Below, piece after piece: positions 1 through 8,383 of a DNA stretch of 64,000 nt (its first letter is position 1; each line of letters opens with the position of its first letter). Origin of the DNA: Gemmatimonadota bacterium (GTDB taxonomy: Bacteria; Gemmatimonadota; Gemmatimonadetes; Palauibacterales; Palauibacteraceae). The notes under the pieces are model-generated. The model did not search any database and was not told the origin of the DNA. It saw nothing but the letters and a program-made list of their open reading frames with translations. Where the stretch lies: NCBI GenBank assembly GCA_046758745.1, contig JBHIAV010000003.1:46262-110261 (forward strand), given 5' to 3'. The translations under genes and the position numbers were made by a program.

Positions 1-1
1 G

Positions 2-484
2 TTCGACGGCATCCGTCGCTGGGGCGCATTCGTGAATTCGAACTTCAGCGATCCCGTGAAGCTCGGGTTCTTCGTCTCACACGGGCGCTCGATCGCCCGC
101 AACCTCGACACTCCGGTGCTCGGTACGAGCACGGACTTCGAGCTGTTCGGCAGTTTCAAGCCGCACACGCGGCTGGTCATCCAGCCCTCGCTCACCTTCT
201 CCGAGCTCAACGAGCCGAACGGAGACGAGGTGTTCAGCGGGTACATCCTCCGAACGCGCACGAATCTCCAGTTCACGCGCGAGCTCTTCCTGCGGCTCGT
301 AGTCCAGTACAACGACTTCGGCCAGCAGCTCAGCATCGAGCCGTTGCTCACCTACAAGGTGAACCCGTTCACCCTCTTCTTCATCGGCTCGACGCTCGCC
401 TACCGGAACTACGAAGAGCCCGATGTATTCGCTCAGACGGAGCGGCAGTTCTTCGCCAAGTTCCAGTACCTGCTGCGGCTTTAG
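2..484 (+). CDS. C-terminal part of an outer-membrane beta-barrel protein (DUF5916-like), truncated by the window start
   Basis: Frame open from position 2; amphipathic beta-strands; ends FFAKFQYLLRL; contains 'RTRTNLQFTRELFLRLVVQYN' and 'LLTYKVNPFTLFFIG'. Confidence 0.7.
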   Translation, partial: FDGIRRWGAFVNSNFSDPVKLGFFVSHGRSIARNLDTPVLGTSTDFELFGSFKPHTRLVIQPSLTFSELNEPNGDEVFSGYILRTRTNLQFTRELFLRLVVQYNDFGQQLSIEPLLTYKVNPFTLFFIGSTLAYRNYEEPDVFAQTERQFFAKFQYLLRL

Positions 485-733
485 ATGCGGGGGAGCGATC
501 GGAGAGAGGGAGCGCGGCCGCCGAGATAGGCGGATGGCCGCGGGGCCGGCCGCCAGAGATCCGCTCGGCTTACGCTATGCCGGCGGTTCGCGCGAAGGAA
601 ACCAACCCCCTCCATCGAGGTAATATGCAGCTGGAGGCACGCCGGCTCGGGCTGGATCAGCGGCCGGAGGGCGTTCCATGCTGCCTCTGCCCGGGCCTCG
701 GTCGACCACCCGAACACCCATCAGAGAAGGAAA

Positions 734-1552
734 ATGCGCTTGGGGCGCACGCCCTCCTCGGTGCGGCGTATCGCGCGGAATGGGCCCCACTTCAGGCGTG
801 TCAGCCGGCGATACGATGCGCTGCGGACGTTTCACGGGAGCGTCGTAGAGAGGACCGTCGAAGCTCTCGAGCCGCTCCGGCGACCGATCACCCTGGTCGA
901 CGTCGGGGTGGGTACGGGCAGGTATCTCCTGCCGATTTTCCGGCGCCTGGAGGAGGAGGCGCCCGGATCGGTGCGCGCCGTCGGTGTGGACGCGGAATCG
1001 GCGATGCTCGAACGGTTCGTGGGGCGGGCCGGTGCCGCGAGCCGCCTGACGGCCCTCGTAGCCGATGGACACCGACTTCCCCTACCAGACGGCGTCGTAG
1101 GCGCGCTCCTCCGCTTCAACGCGATACACCACCTCGAGCTACGCTCATTCCTCGCCGAGGCGGCACGCGTCCTCCTACGCGGCGGCCGGTTGCTTCTTTA
1201 CACGAGGACTCCGGAGCAGAACCGACGCACGATCTGGGGGCGATACTTCCCCCTCTTCGCCGATAGGGAGAGACGTCTGCACTCGGCAGAGCGAATTCAA
1301 CAGCTGCTCGAGCGGGCCGGCCGGTTCCAGCTCCTCGAGCTCGCTTCGGTGCGGCATGTCGAGCGCACGTCTCCACAGCGTCTGCAAGAGCAGGCTCGTC
1401 TCCGGCATTACTCCACCTTCGAGCTGTATACGTCGGAGGAGTTCCGGCACGCTCTCGAGCTTTTCCGGCATCGCCTGGAGGTTGAGCTCGACGGGGAGCG
1501 GACGATCGAGGTCACCCATGAGAACACGTGGGTAGCCGCGGAACGTGTCTGA
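734..1552 (+). CDS. Class I SAM-dependent methyltransferase
   Basis: Motif I 'LVDVGVGTG', acidic residue after strand 2 (VGVDAESAML), 'ADGHRLPL', 'RVLLRGGRLL'; GAAGG RBS. Confidence 0.85.
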   Translation: MRLGRTPSSVRRIARNGPHFRRVSRRYDALRTFHGSVVERTVEALEPLRRPITLVDVGVGTGRYLLPIFRRLEEEAPGSVRAVGVDAESAMLERFVGRAGAASRLTALVADGHRLPLPDGVVGALLRFNAIHHLELRSFLAEAARVLLRGGRLLLYTRTPEQNRRTIWGRYFPLFADRERRLHSAERIQQLLERAGRFQLLELASVRHVERTSPQRLQEQARLRHYSTFELYTSEEFRHALELFRHRLEVELDGERTIEVTHENTWVAAERV

Positions 1553-1650
1553 TCGGAGACCCTGGCCCGAGGACGTCCCTTCAGGTTCCCTTCGACCTCA
1601 CGACCACCGTGCGCACGATGCTCATCGTGCAGCGCCTGACGGTTCCGGTC

Positions 1651-2838
1651 CTACAGTATCTCGAAGCCCACGGCGGGGGGCGTCGCCGGCGCGACCGAAG
1701 GAGCCCGCACGGCCCGAGGGGTCGCCGGCACCACCATCTCCGGGATCCGGATCCCCCGGATCTCGAACTCGGGCACGACGATCTCCGGCACCACCATCTC
1801 CGGGATGGCGAACTCCGGCAGGACGATCGAACGGGTCGAGATCTCGGGGATCGTGAACGAGGGAATCGTGAACTCTGGGATCACGAGCGGAGCCACATCG
1901 AACTCCGGGACCTCGAAGGAGAACTCCTCCGGGCCATCGAATTCGAAGTAGAAGGCCTGCTCGGAAGGAGGCCCGAAGTGAAGGCGGGAGCCCTCTCGCT
2001 CGGGGAGCTCGACCGTCAGGCTCCTTTCGCGCTTGTCTCGCAGAATCGTCACCGTGATCGGCCCGGCCTCCGCGTCTCGGACGGCACGGGCCGCGTCGCC
2101 GGGATCCTCGATCTCCACGTCGCCGATCCGCGTGATCACGTCCCCCGCCTTGAGCCCTGCTTTCTCGGCCGGCGAGTCCTCGCGCACGGAGGAGATGAGC
2201 GCGCCCTTGCCGTCAGACGCGCCGAAGTACTCCCCGAGCTGTTCGCTGAGGCTCTGCATTACAACCCCCAGCCGGCCCCTCTCCGCGTTGATGAAGATGC
2301 TGTACGCCCCGCCCGGCCCCACATGGCGCATGCGCTCCTTCATCGACTCGCCCAGCTCCCTCATCTCTTTCATCCGCCGCTCGTGGGCGCGCGCCCACGC
2401 CCTCCTCCCCGGACGCTCGCCCAATGTGACGGAGATCTCCCGCTCGTCCCCGTCCCGCCACACCCCGAGCCTCACCGTGCGATCGGCCGGTGTCTCTCGA
2501 ACGAGACGCCGGAGCTGCATCGCGCTCTCCACCCGGGCCCCGTTCCAGCTCAGGATGATGTCGTCCTTCTCCAGCCCCGCCTCGGAGGCCGGGCTCTCCT
2601 CGGAGATATCCGTCAGGAGGGCACCGCGGGGCTCCGAGAGGCCGAGGCGGTCCGCCGCCTCCCGGTCCACCTCCTCGATGTACACGCCCAGGTAGCTTCC
2701 GCCGGCACCGAACGCGAAGGCCCGAACACGCGGTTCGGGGGCGTCCTCCTTCTCCTGCGCCCGGAGCGAGGAGGAGAAACCGGCGACGGCGGCGGTGGCG
2801 AGCAGAGCGCCGAGGACCAGCAGCAGCCTGCGTCTCAT
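1651..2838 (-). CDS. Exported protein with two PDZ domains and a C-terminal (I/V)PE(F/M/I)x pentapeptide-repeat tail
   Basis: Signal peptide; PDZ motifs 'YLGVYI..SPASEAGLEKDDII' and 'LGVVM..SPAEKAGLKAGDVI'; no trypsin domain. Confidence 0.85.
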   Translation of the reverse strand: MRRRLLLVLGALLATAAVAGFSSSLRAQEKEDAPEPRVRAFAFGAGGSYLGVYIEEVDREAADRLGLSEPRGALLTDISEESPASEAGLEKDDIILSWNGARVESAMQLRRLVRETPADRTVRLGVWRDGDEREISVTLGERPGRRAWARAHERRMKEMRELGESMKERMRHVGPGGAYSIFINAERGRLGVVMQSLSEQLGEYFGASDGKGALISSVREDSPAEKAGLKAGDVITRIGDVEIEDPGDAARAVRDAEAGPITVTILRDKRERSLTVELPEREGSRLHFGPPSEQAFYFEFDGPEEFSFEVPEFDVAPLVIPEFTIPSFTIPEISTRSIVLPEFAIPEMVVPEIVVPEFEIRGIRIPEMVVPATPRAVRAPSVAPATPPAVGFEIL

Positions 2839-3053
2839 CTTCCTATCTCCTTGCCATAAAGCGCGTTGCTAACCATCCGGCCGCGCCGGCGCCCTCGTCG
2901 CCGCGGATCGAGGCGAGCGATCCGCCTGCGATCCGGCGGCCCGAGGATCGGCGCACTACCCTCGCTTTCACACGGTTGGACATACCAGGCGTCCGCCGAG
3001 TTGCCCGGACACGGTACGGGCCACTCCCACGCCGGCGACGGGGCGGCGTCCGG

Positions 3054-3980
3054 CTACGGCGCGGCTACGCGCCGCGACCCGGAGGAGCCGCCACCACGCC
3101 GGGGCGGAGCCACGATGCGGATCGCGCCCGGGAGCACCTCGAAGCTCAGAGGCCCTCCGGGACACCTCTCGCCGTCCACGTTGCACTCGCCCGGTGGATC
3201 CAGCTCGAGCCGGACGCGGCGGGCCCGGCGCAGGAGGAGGCGGCGGCTCCCGGCCTGGCGCCCGAGCAGGATCCGCAGCGCCTCGGCGGCCAGCCGCGGG
3301 CCGGACAGGGCGGGCATGATCATGAGATCGAGCAGGCCATCGTCGGGGCGCGCGGCCGGGGCGAGCGGGATGCGACCCCCGGCGAAGCGTCCGTTCGCCA
3401 CCACGACCATCACGCTCTCGAGATCGATCTTCTCGTCCCCGTCGAGCTCGACGTGGGTCCGATAGGGCCGTAGCGCTCCCACCTCGCCGATCGCCGCGCG
3501 CAGGTAGGCGAGCGGGCCCCACCTTCTCTTCATCACGGGGTCCATGCGTCGGTCGATCGTACCGCCGTAGCCGGCGACAAGCGCGTTCACGAAATGGCCG
3601 GATCGAGCGCCCGCCACGCGAACCACATCCAGCCTGCGCTCGGGACCCGCGCGAAGGAGGTCGATGGCCGGCTCCACCCTGCGAGGGATGCCGTAGCTTC
3701 GCGCCAGGTCGTTTCCCGTCCCGAGCGGGATGAGGCCGACCCGCACGGCGGGGAAGCCGGGCGCGAGCCCGGCGACGACCTCGCTCACCGTGCCATCGCC
3801 GCCAGCGGCCACGATCGTCTCGAACCCGGCCGCCGCCGCCTCGGCGGCCAGCTTCGAGGCGTCGCCGGGCGCACCCGTCACCCGCACCTCGGCGCCGGGG
3901 AGCCGGGCGGCCGCGGCGCGCAGGACGGACGGGTCTGTGCCGCTGCCCGACACGGGGTTAAGTATTATGCATGTGCTCAT
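3054..3980 (-). CDS. Diacylglycerol/lipid kinase family protein (YegS/DgkB-like)
   Basis: 'ILNPVSG', 'AAGGDGT', 'IPLGTGNDLARS', 'NGRFAGG', 'NVDGE'; start placed at ATG 3980 after GAAAGG. Confidence 0.92.
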   Translation of the reverse strand: MSTCIILNPVSGSGTDPSVLRAAAARLPGAEVRVTGAPGDASKLAAEAAAAGFETIVAAGGDGTVSEVVAGLAPGFPAVRVGLIPLGTGNDLARSYGIPRRVEPAIDLLRAGPERRLDVVRVAGARSGHFVNALVAGYGGTIDRRMDPVMKRRWGPLAYLRAAIGEVGALRPYRTHVELDGDEKIDLESVMVVVANGRFAGGRIPLAPAARPDDGLLDLMIMPALSGPRLAAEALRILLGRQAGSRRLLLRRARRVRLELDPPGECNVDGERCPGGPLSFEVLPGAIRIVAPPRRGGGSSGSRRVAAP

Positions 3981-4078
3981 CCTTTCATATCTTGCGGGCG
4001 CGGGGCCGGTCGGGGCCATACCGATGCGGCGGGCCGGCCACGCGATCGCGCGGCGCGGCCCCCCTCTCCTGAGAGCGC

Positions 4079-5332
4079 GTGTCTCCCCCGCGTGTGGTGA
4101 TCCTCGGAGCCGGCTTCGGCGGCCTTACCTGCGCGAGGGCCCTCTCCGGCGAGCCGGTTCGCGTCATCCTCATCGACCGGAACAACTACCACCTCTTCAC
4201 GCCCCTCCTGTATCAGGTGGCGAGCTCGCTCCTCAACCCGAGCGACATCGCCTACCCGGTGCGCACCGTCTTCCGCCGCTCGAAGAACGTGCGCTTCCGG
4301 GTGGGCGAGGCGGACGGCATTGATTTCGATCGCAAGTTCGTCCGCATGCGCGACGGGGATGTGCTACCGTACGACTTCCTGGTGATCGCGACGGGAAGCG
4401 CCACCAACTACTTCGGGATGCGGGACATCGAAGCGGGAGCGCTCGGGCTCAAGGACATGCCGGAGGCGCTCCAGCTCCGGAACCACATACTCCGCTGCTT
4501 CGAGGCGGCCTCGCGCGAGCCCGATCCCGTGCGACGCCGGCGGTGGCTCACCTTCGTGGTCGTCGGGGGTGGGCCGACGGGCATCGAGTACGCGGGCGCC
4601 CTGGCCGAACTGGTGCGCCTCGAGCTCGGCAGGGACTTCCCGGAGCTGGACATGGCCGAGGTGCGGATCATCCTGCTCGAGGCCACGGGCCGGCTGCTCG
4701 CCGCATTCTCGGAGGAGCTCGGAGAGGACGCGCGGCGGCGGCTCGAACGCCGGAGGATCGAGGTTCGGCTGGACACCCCGGTAGAGGCGACGTCCGATGG
4801 AGCCGTCCGGCTGTCCGGGGGGCAGACCCTGGAGACGGAGACCCTGGTGTGGGCGGCCGGCGTGAAGCCCGGTGGCTTCGCGGCACATATCGAGCTCCCC
4901 GCCACGCGCAGCGGCCGCATCCGGGTGGACGAGTACCTGCGCGTCCCCGGCCGGGAGGGCGTGTTCGCGATCGGCGATGTCGCCGGCGCCGTGCAGGACG
5001 GAACCGAGCTGCCGATGCTGTCGGCGCCCGCCATGCAGGAGGCGCGGAGCGTAGCCCGGAACATCCTCGCCGAGCTGCGGGGAAAGCCACCGAAGCCCTT
5101 CCGCTACCGCGACAAGGGGATCATGGCGACGATCGGACGGAACGCGGCGGTGGCCGAGATCGGGCGCTTCAAGCTGCGCGGGTTCCTCGGGTGGCTCGCC
5201 TGGCTGCTCGTCCACCTCTACTTCATCATCGGCTTCCGAAACCGGCTGTGGGTGCTCGCCGGCTGGGCGTGGAACTACTTCTTCTACGACCGACCGATCC
5301 GTCTGATCGTAGGATCAAAGCGCTACAGATAA
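4079..5332 (+). CDS. ndh: Type II NADH:quinone oxidoreductase (NAD(P)/FAD-dependent)
   Basis: Two Rossmann motifs 'GAGFGG' and 'VVGGGPTGIE'; 'FTPLLYQVA', 'VFAIGD', 'YRDKGIMATIGR'. Confidence 0.92.
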   Translation: MSPPRVVILGAGFGGLTCARALSGEPVRVILIDRNNYHLFTPLLYQVASSLLNPSDIAYPVRTVFRRSKNVRFRVGEADGIDFDRKFVRMRDGDVLPYDFLVIATGSATNYFGMRDIEAGALGLKDMPEALQLRNHILRCFEAASREPDPVRRRRWLTFVVVGGGPTGIEYAGALAELVRLELGRDFPELDMAEVRIILLEATGRLLAAFSEELGEDARRRLERRRIEVRLDTPVEATSDGAVRLSGGQTLETETLVWAAGVKPGGFAAHIELPATRSGRIRVDEYLRVPGREGVFAIGDVAGAVQDGTELPMLSAPAMQEARSVARNILAELRGKPPKPFRYRDKGIMATIGRNAAVAEIGRFKLRGFLGWLAWLLVHLYFIIGFRNRLWVLAGWAWNYFFYDRPIRLIVGSKRYR

Positions 5333-5407
5333 CGGCCGCAGGATCGTGCCGAGATCGATCCGGTCCCTCCGGGTCCTGGGGCATTCTCATCGCTTCCGCC
5401 TCGTCCC

Positions 5408-5437
5408 TTGACGGAGCGGTGTGCATATAGTTAGCTT
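5408..5437 (+). promoter_or_regulatory. Putative sigma70 promoter of csp-rpsU (TTGACG-N18-TAGCTT)
   Basis: -35/-10-like hexamers in an AT-rich patch about 210 nt upstream of csp. Confidence 0.5.
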
Positions 5438-5472
5438 GAAATGTTAGTTGACCAGCGGAGATCGAACATCGG

Positions 5473-5497
5473 ACCTGGCTGACGCCGGGTTTTTTTT
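5473..5497 (+). terminator. Intrinsic-terminator-like hairpin plus U8 inside the csp 5' leader (possible attenuator)
   Basis: ACCTGGC-TGAC-GCCGGGT followed by a run of T. Confidence 0.6.
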
Positions 5498-5649
5498 GGC
5501 TGGTTGACCACTCCGCTGCGATCCGTCGGCCAGCAGCCGGCGGGCCGCGTGGGAGCGTCCAACGCGGCAAGTCCGCGACAACAGTGGGTCGGTACGTGCG
5601 GCAAATCCGGACTCCGATCACACCACCGATTAACAGAGGGAGTACGGCA

Positions 5650-5862
5650 ATGCCGATCACGGGGAAAGTAAAATGGTTCGATGATGCCAAGGGTTTTGGC
5701 TTCATCACGCGCGACGATGGGCAGAAGGACTGCTTCGTCCATCATTCCGCCATCCAGAGCGCCGGCTTCAAGTCGCTGAGCGAAGGCGACATCGTGCAGT
5801 TCGATGTCGTGCAGGGCCAGAAGGGGCCCGCGGCCGAGAACGTGAGAAAGGTCGACGCCTGA
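5650..5862 (+). CDS. cspA: Cold-shock protein (CspA family)
   Basis: '[15 protein letters not shown]' (RNP1), 'CFVHHSAI' (RNP2), '[10 protein letters not shown]'; GAGGGAG RBS. Confidence 0.97.
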   Translation: MPITGKVKWFDDAKGFGFITRDDGQKDCFVHHSAIQSAGFKSLSEGDIVQFDVVQGQKGPAAENVRKVDA

Positions 5863-5886
5863 GGAAACACACCTGAGGCAAGGCAG

Positions 5887-5930
5887 CGAAACGGGCCTTC
5901 CTCGAGACCCGAGGAGGGCCCGTTTCGTTT
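5887..5930 (+). terminator. 18-bp stem hairpin between csp and rpsU
   Basis: CGAAACGGGCCTTCCTCG-AGACC-CGAGGAGGGCCCGTTTCG followed by TTT. Confidence 0.75.
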
Positions 5931-5952
5931 CATGCAAAGAGCAGAGGTGATA

Positions 5953-6159
5953 GTGATCAGTGTGATTCTAAAGGAAGGCGACAGCCTGGATTGGGCGTTG
6001 AAGCAGTTTCGACGCAAGATGATACGGTCCGGACTGTTCAAGGACATGAAGAAACGACGCTTCTACGAGAAGCCCAGCGCGGCGCGGAGGCGCAAGTCGG
6101 CCGTGGCGAAGCGAAAGCGGCTCCGTTCCCTTCGGCGAGCCGCGCGTAAGAGATGGTAA
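5953..6159 (+). CDS. rpsU: 30S ribosomal protein bS21
   Basis: 'SLDWALKQFRRKM', 'KKRRFYEKPSAARRRK'; GAGGTGA RBS before GTG. Confidence 0.93.
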   Translation: MISVILKEGDSLDWALKQFRRKMIRSGLFKDMKKRRFYEKPSAARRRKSAVAKRKRLRSLRRAARKRW

Positions 6160-6502
6160 GGGTGGCGTGGCGGTGATCTCGGACACAATTCGGAAGACAG
6201 CCGAGATCAGGTCCCTCCTTGGATTTCGGATCGGAATTATGCACTTCAACGACACAATTCCGTTTCGGATTGTCTAATCGCAAAGATGCCGGTCGTGGCT
6301 TGAATCTACACACGCCCGGCTGATACCGGAGGGCAGGCGCCCGTTGACAGTGCACCGGGCGGCTTCGGTCCAACGCTCGCTCGGCGCGTGTTCGAGAGAC
6401 TCGAGCGCGGGCAGCAATGCGGGCCAAGGGGGAGTCTAGTGGCTGCCTCGGCGAGAAGCCGGGGGCGGCGGGGCGAGCGAGGCGGGCCGATGCCTCCGGT
6501 CT

Positions 6503-7204
6503 TCAGAGCAAAGCTTGCCGCAGCGACAGAATCTCGCTCCCGCCGAAGGGATCGATCCGGGACGCCACCGCAGGAGGTAGGTGCCGGCCCATCCAGCGAA
6601 GGCCGCCCTCTTCCAACAGCTCCGCCACGTAGTTCCAGTCGACGATCCGGGCGAGCCGGCGGACGTCCGGATCGTTCGTCCGCTCCGGACTACGTGAGCC
6701 TTTCCGCCGAGCCCTCGCTCTCAGATGCGAGACCGCCTTCGGGATGAATGCGAGCTCCGGCGGCCCGGCCCGGTAACGGACCCCCTCCCACGACAGATCC
6801 CGGCATCGCCCCATCACGCTCGCCGGGACCTCCAGCGTCAGCCCCGCTCCCAGCGTGAAGACCAGGGCGTTTTTCCTCTTGCGGTAGCAGGAGACGTCGA
6901 GCAGCCCGAGCGGTCCGGTGACATGGACGAAGCCCGTCCTCGGCGAAAGGAGTCGGGGAAGCCGGAGTTCGGATGCGATCGCGACCTCCGACAGCCTCAG
7001 CACGCGGATCCTCTCGACGGCACTGAGCACCCGCTTGCCCCTCTCGAAGACCCCTCGCTCGATCGCGGCGTCGACGTCGTGTTCCGGCTGCCGGCAGTTC
7101 CCGAGCAACGGCAAGAAGCTGAGCGACCCGGATACGAAGTAGTCGTCGGAGCCTGCCACCGTCTCCAGCAGCCTCTCCAGCAACAACCCGGCGTTCGCGG
7201 ACAC
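6503..7204 (-). CDS. Putative Pol-beta-superfamily nucleotidyltransferase
   Basis: 'YFVSGS...HDVDAAI' fits an hG[GS]-Xn-DhD pattern; later 'LLDVS' could supply the third Asp. Confidence 0.55.
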   Translation of the reverse strand: MSANAGLLLERLLETVAGSDDYFVSGSLSFLPLLGNCRQPEHDVDAAIERGVFERGKRVLSAVERIRVLRLSEVAIASELRLPRLLSPRTGFVHVTGPLGLLDVSCYRKRKNALVFTLGAGLTLEVPASVMGRCRDLSWEGVRYRAGPPELAFIPKAVSHLRARARRKGSRSPERTNDPDVRRLARIVDWNYVAELLEEGGLRWMGRHLPPAVASRIDPFGGSEILSLRQALL

Positions 7205-7357
7205 TGCTAGCAGCGGCTCACCTGGGGTCCCCGCTTTTTCCGACCGTCACGCCCCGATGCGGAAGGGACGCCTCCGGGCATGCCCTCGCGCCGCGCTGCG
7301 TATCGCGCCGATCGATGGTTGTCGGGGGAGCCGGCGAGGTCGTGCGAAGCATGCGGA

Positions 7358-8107
7358 TCACTTCGGGGCAACCTGTCCGGCCCACTCCGCGCTGACCCGA
7401 CCGAGCTCCTCGATCACCTCGCCGTCCGAACGTCCCGAGCTCTTCCGCACATGGAACCCGTGGTCCGCTCCCTCCACGACATGGAGTGTCGCGGAATCCC
7501 CGAGCCGCTCGCACACCGGACGAAGCAGCTCGAGATCGGCGAGCGAGTCCCGGCTTCCCTGCACGAAGAGCATCGGCTGCGGGACCCGGATGAGGTGATC
7601 GGCCCGGTCGGTCGAGGGCCTGCCGGGGGCATGCAGAGGGAAGCCGAAGAAAGCGATGCCGAGCACCCGATCCAATCCGCCCTCCGACGCCGCCAGGGAC
7701 GTCATGCGACCGCCCATCGATTTCCCCCCCGCGTGCATCGGAAGATCTCCTGCCGCGCCGGCGGCAGCCTCGATCGCCGAGCGGACGGTCGTGAGGAGGA
7801 TCGGGTGTGGATCGGGCCTCCGACGCCCTCGCTCCATGTATGGGAAGTGATATCGGAAGGTCGCGATTCGGTGGTCGGCCAGCGCCGCCGCCATCGCCTC
7901 CATGAACCGGTGTCGCATGCCGGCACCGGCGCCGTGGGCGAACACGAAGAGCCACCGGGCGTCGGGCGGCCGGAGGAGCAGCGCGGACACCTCGCCCGAG
8001 CTGCGGGTCGCCTGGAAGCGGATCGCCTCGGCGGCGTTCTGGGCTCCGTCACCGCGGCAGCCGGCGCGGCAGGTCGCTTCGGCCCGCCGCGATATGCTCT
8101 CGGTCAT
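7358..8107 (-). CDS. Alpha/beta hydrolase (KANL3/Tex30, dienelactone-hydrolase-like)
   Basis: 'AHGAGAGM', nucleophile elbow 'GGKSMGGR', 'QGSRD', 'GADHGF'. Confidence 0.9.
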   Translation of the reverse strand: MTESISRRAEATCRAGCRGDGAQNAAEAIRFQATRSSGEVSALLLRPPDARWLFVFAHGAGAGMRHRFMEAMAAALADHRIATFRYHFPYMERGRRRPDPHPILLTTVRSAIEAAAGAAGDLPMHAGGKSMGGRMTSLAASEGGLDRVLGIAFFGFPLHAPGRPSTDRADHLIRVPQPMLFVQGSRDSLADLELLRPVCERLGDSATLHVVEGADHGFHVRKSSGRSDGEVIEELGRVSAEWAGQVAPK

Positions 8108-8383
8108 TTCTGAATCTCCGGGACGCGGCTAGGCACGAGCCCGTCATAAGCAAAGAGCCAGTCCCCCCGGGCCGGGTCGCTCGTCGTAGGCGCCGGCGGC
8201 GGGCACCGCGAAAGCGATGATCGCCCCGGGCCACGAGAGATTCAACCGAGCGCGGACTGTTCGGCATCACCGGCCGCGGCGCACACGATCGGCGCGGGGA
8301 CGTCGAGCTGGACGAGAGGCGCTTCGACCCGGAGCACTGGACGGAGGGATCTCTCGAGTAGAGGCGCGGGCGGCGCTCAGCCT

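Noticed and set aside
1651-2838. DegP/HtrA protease
   Set aside because: PDZ domains present but no trypsin domain or GNSGG motif
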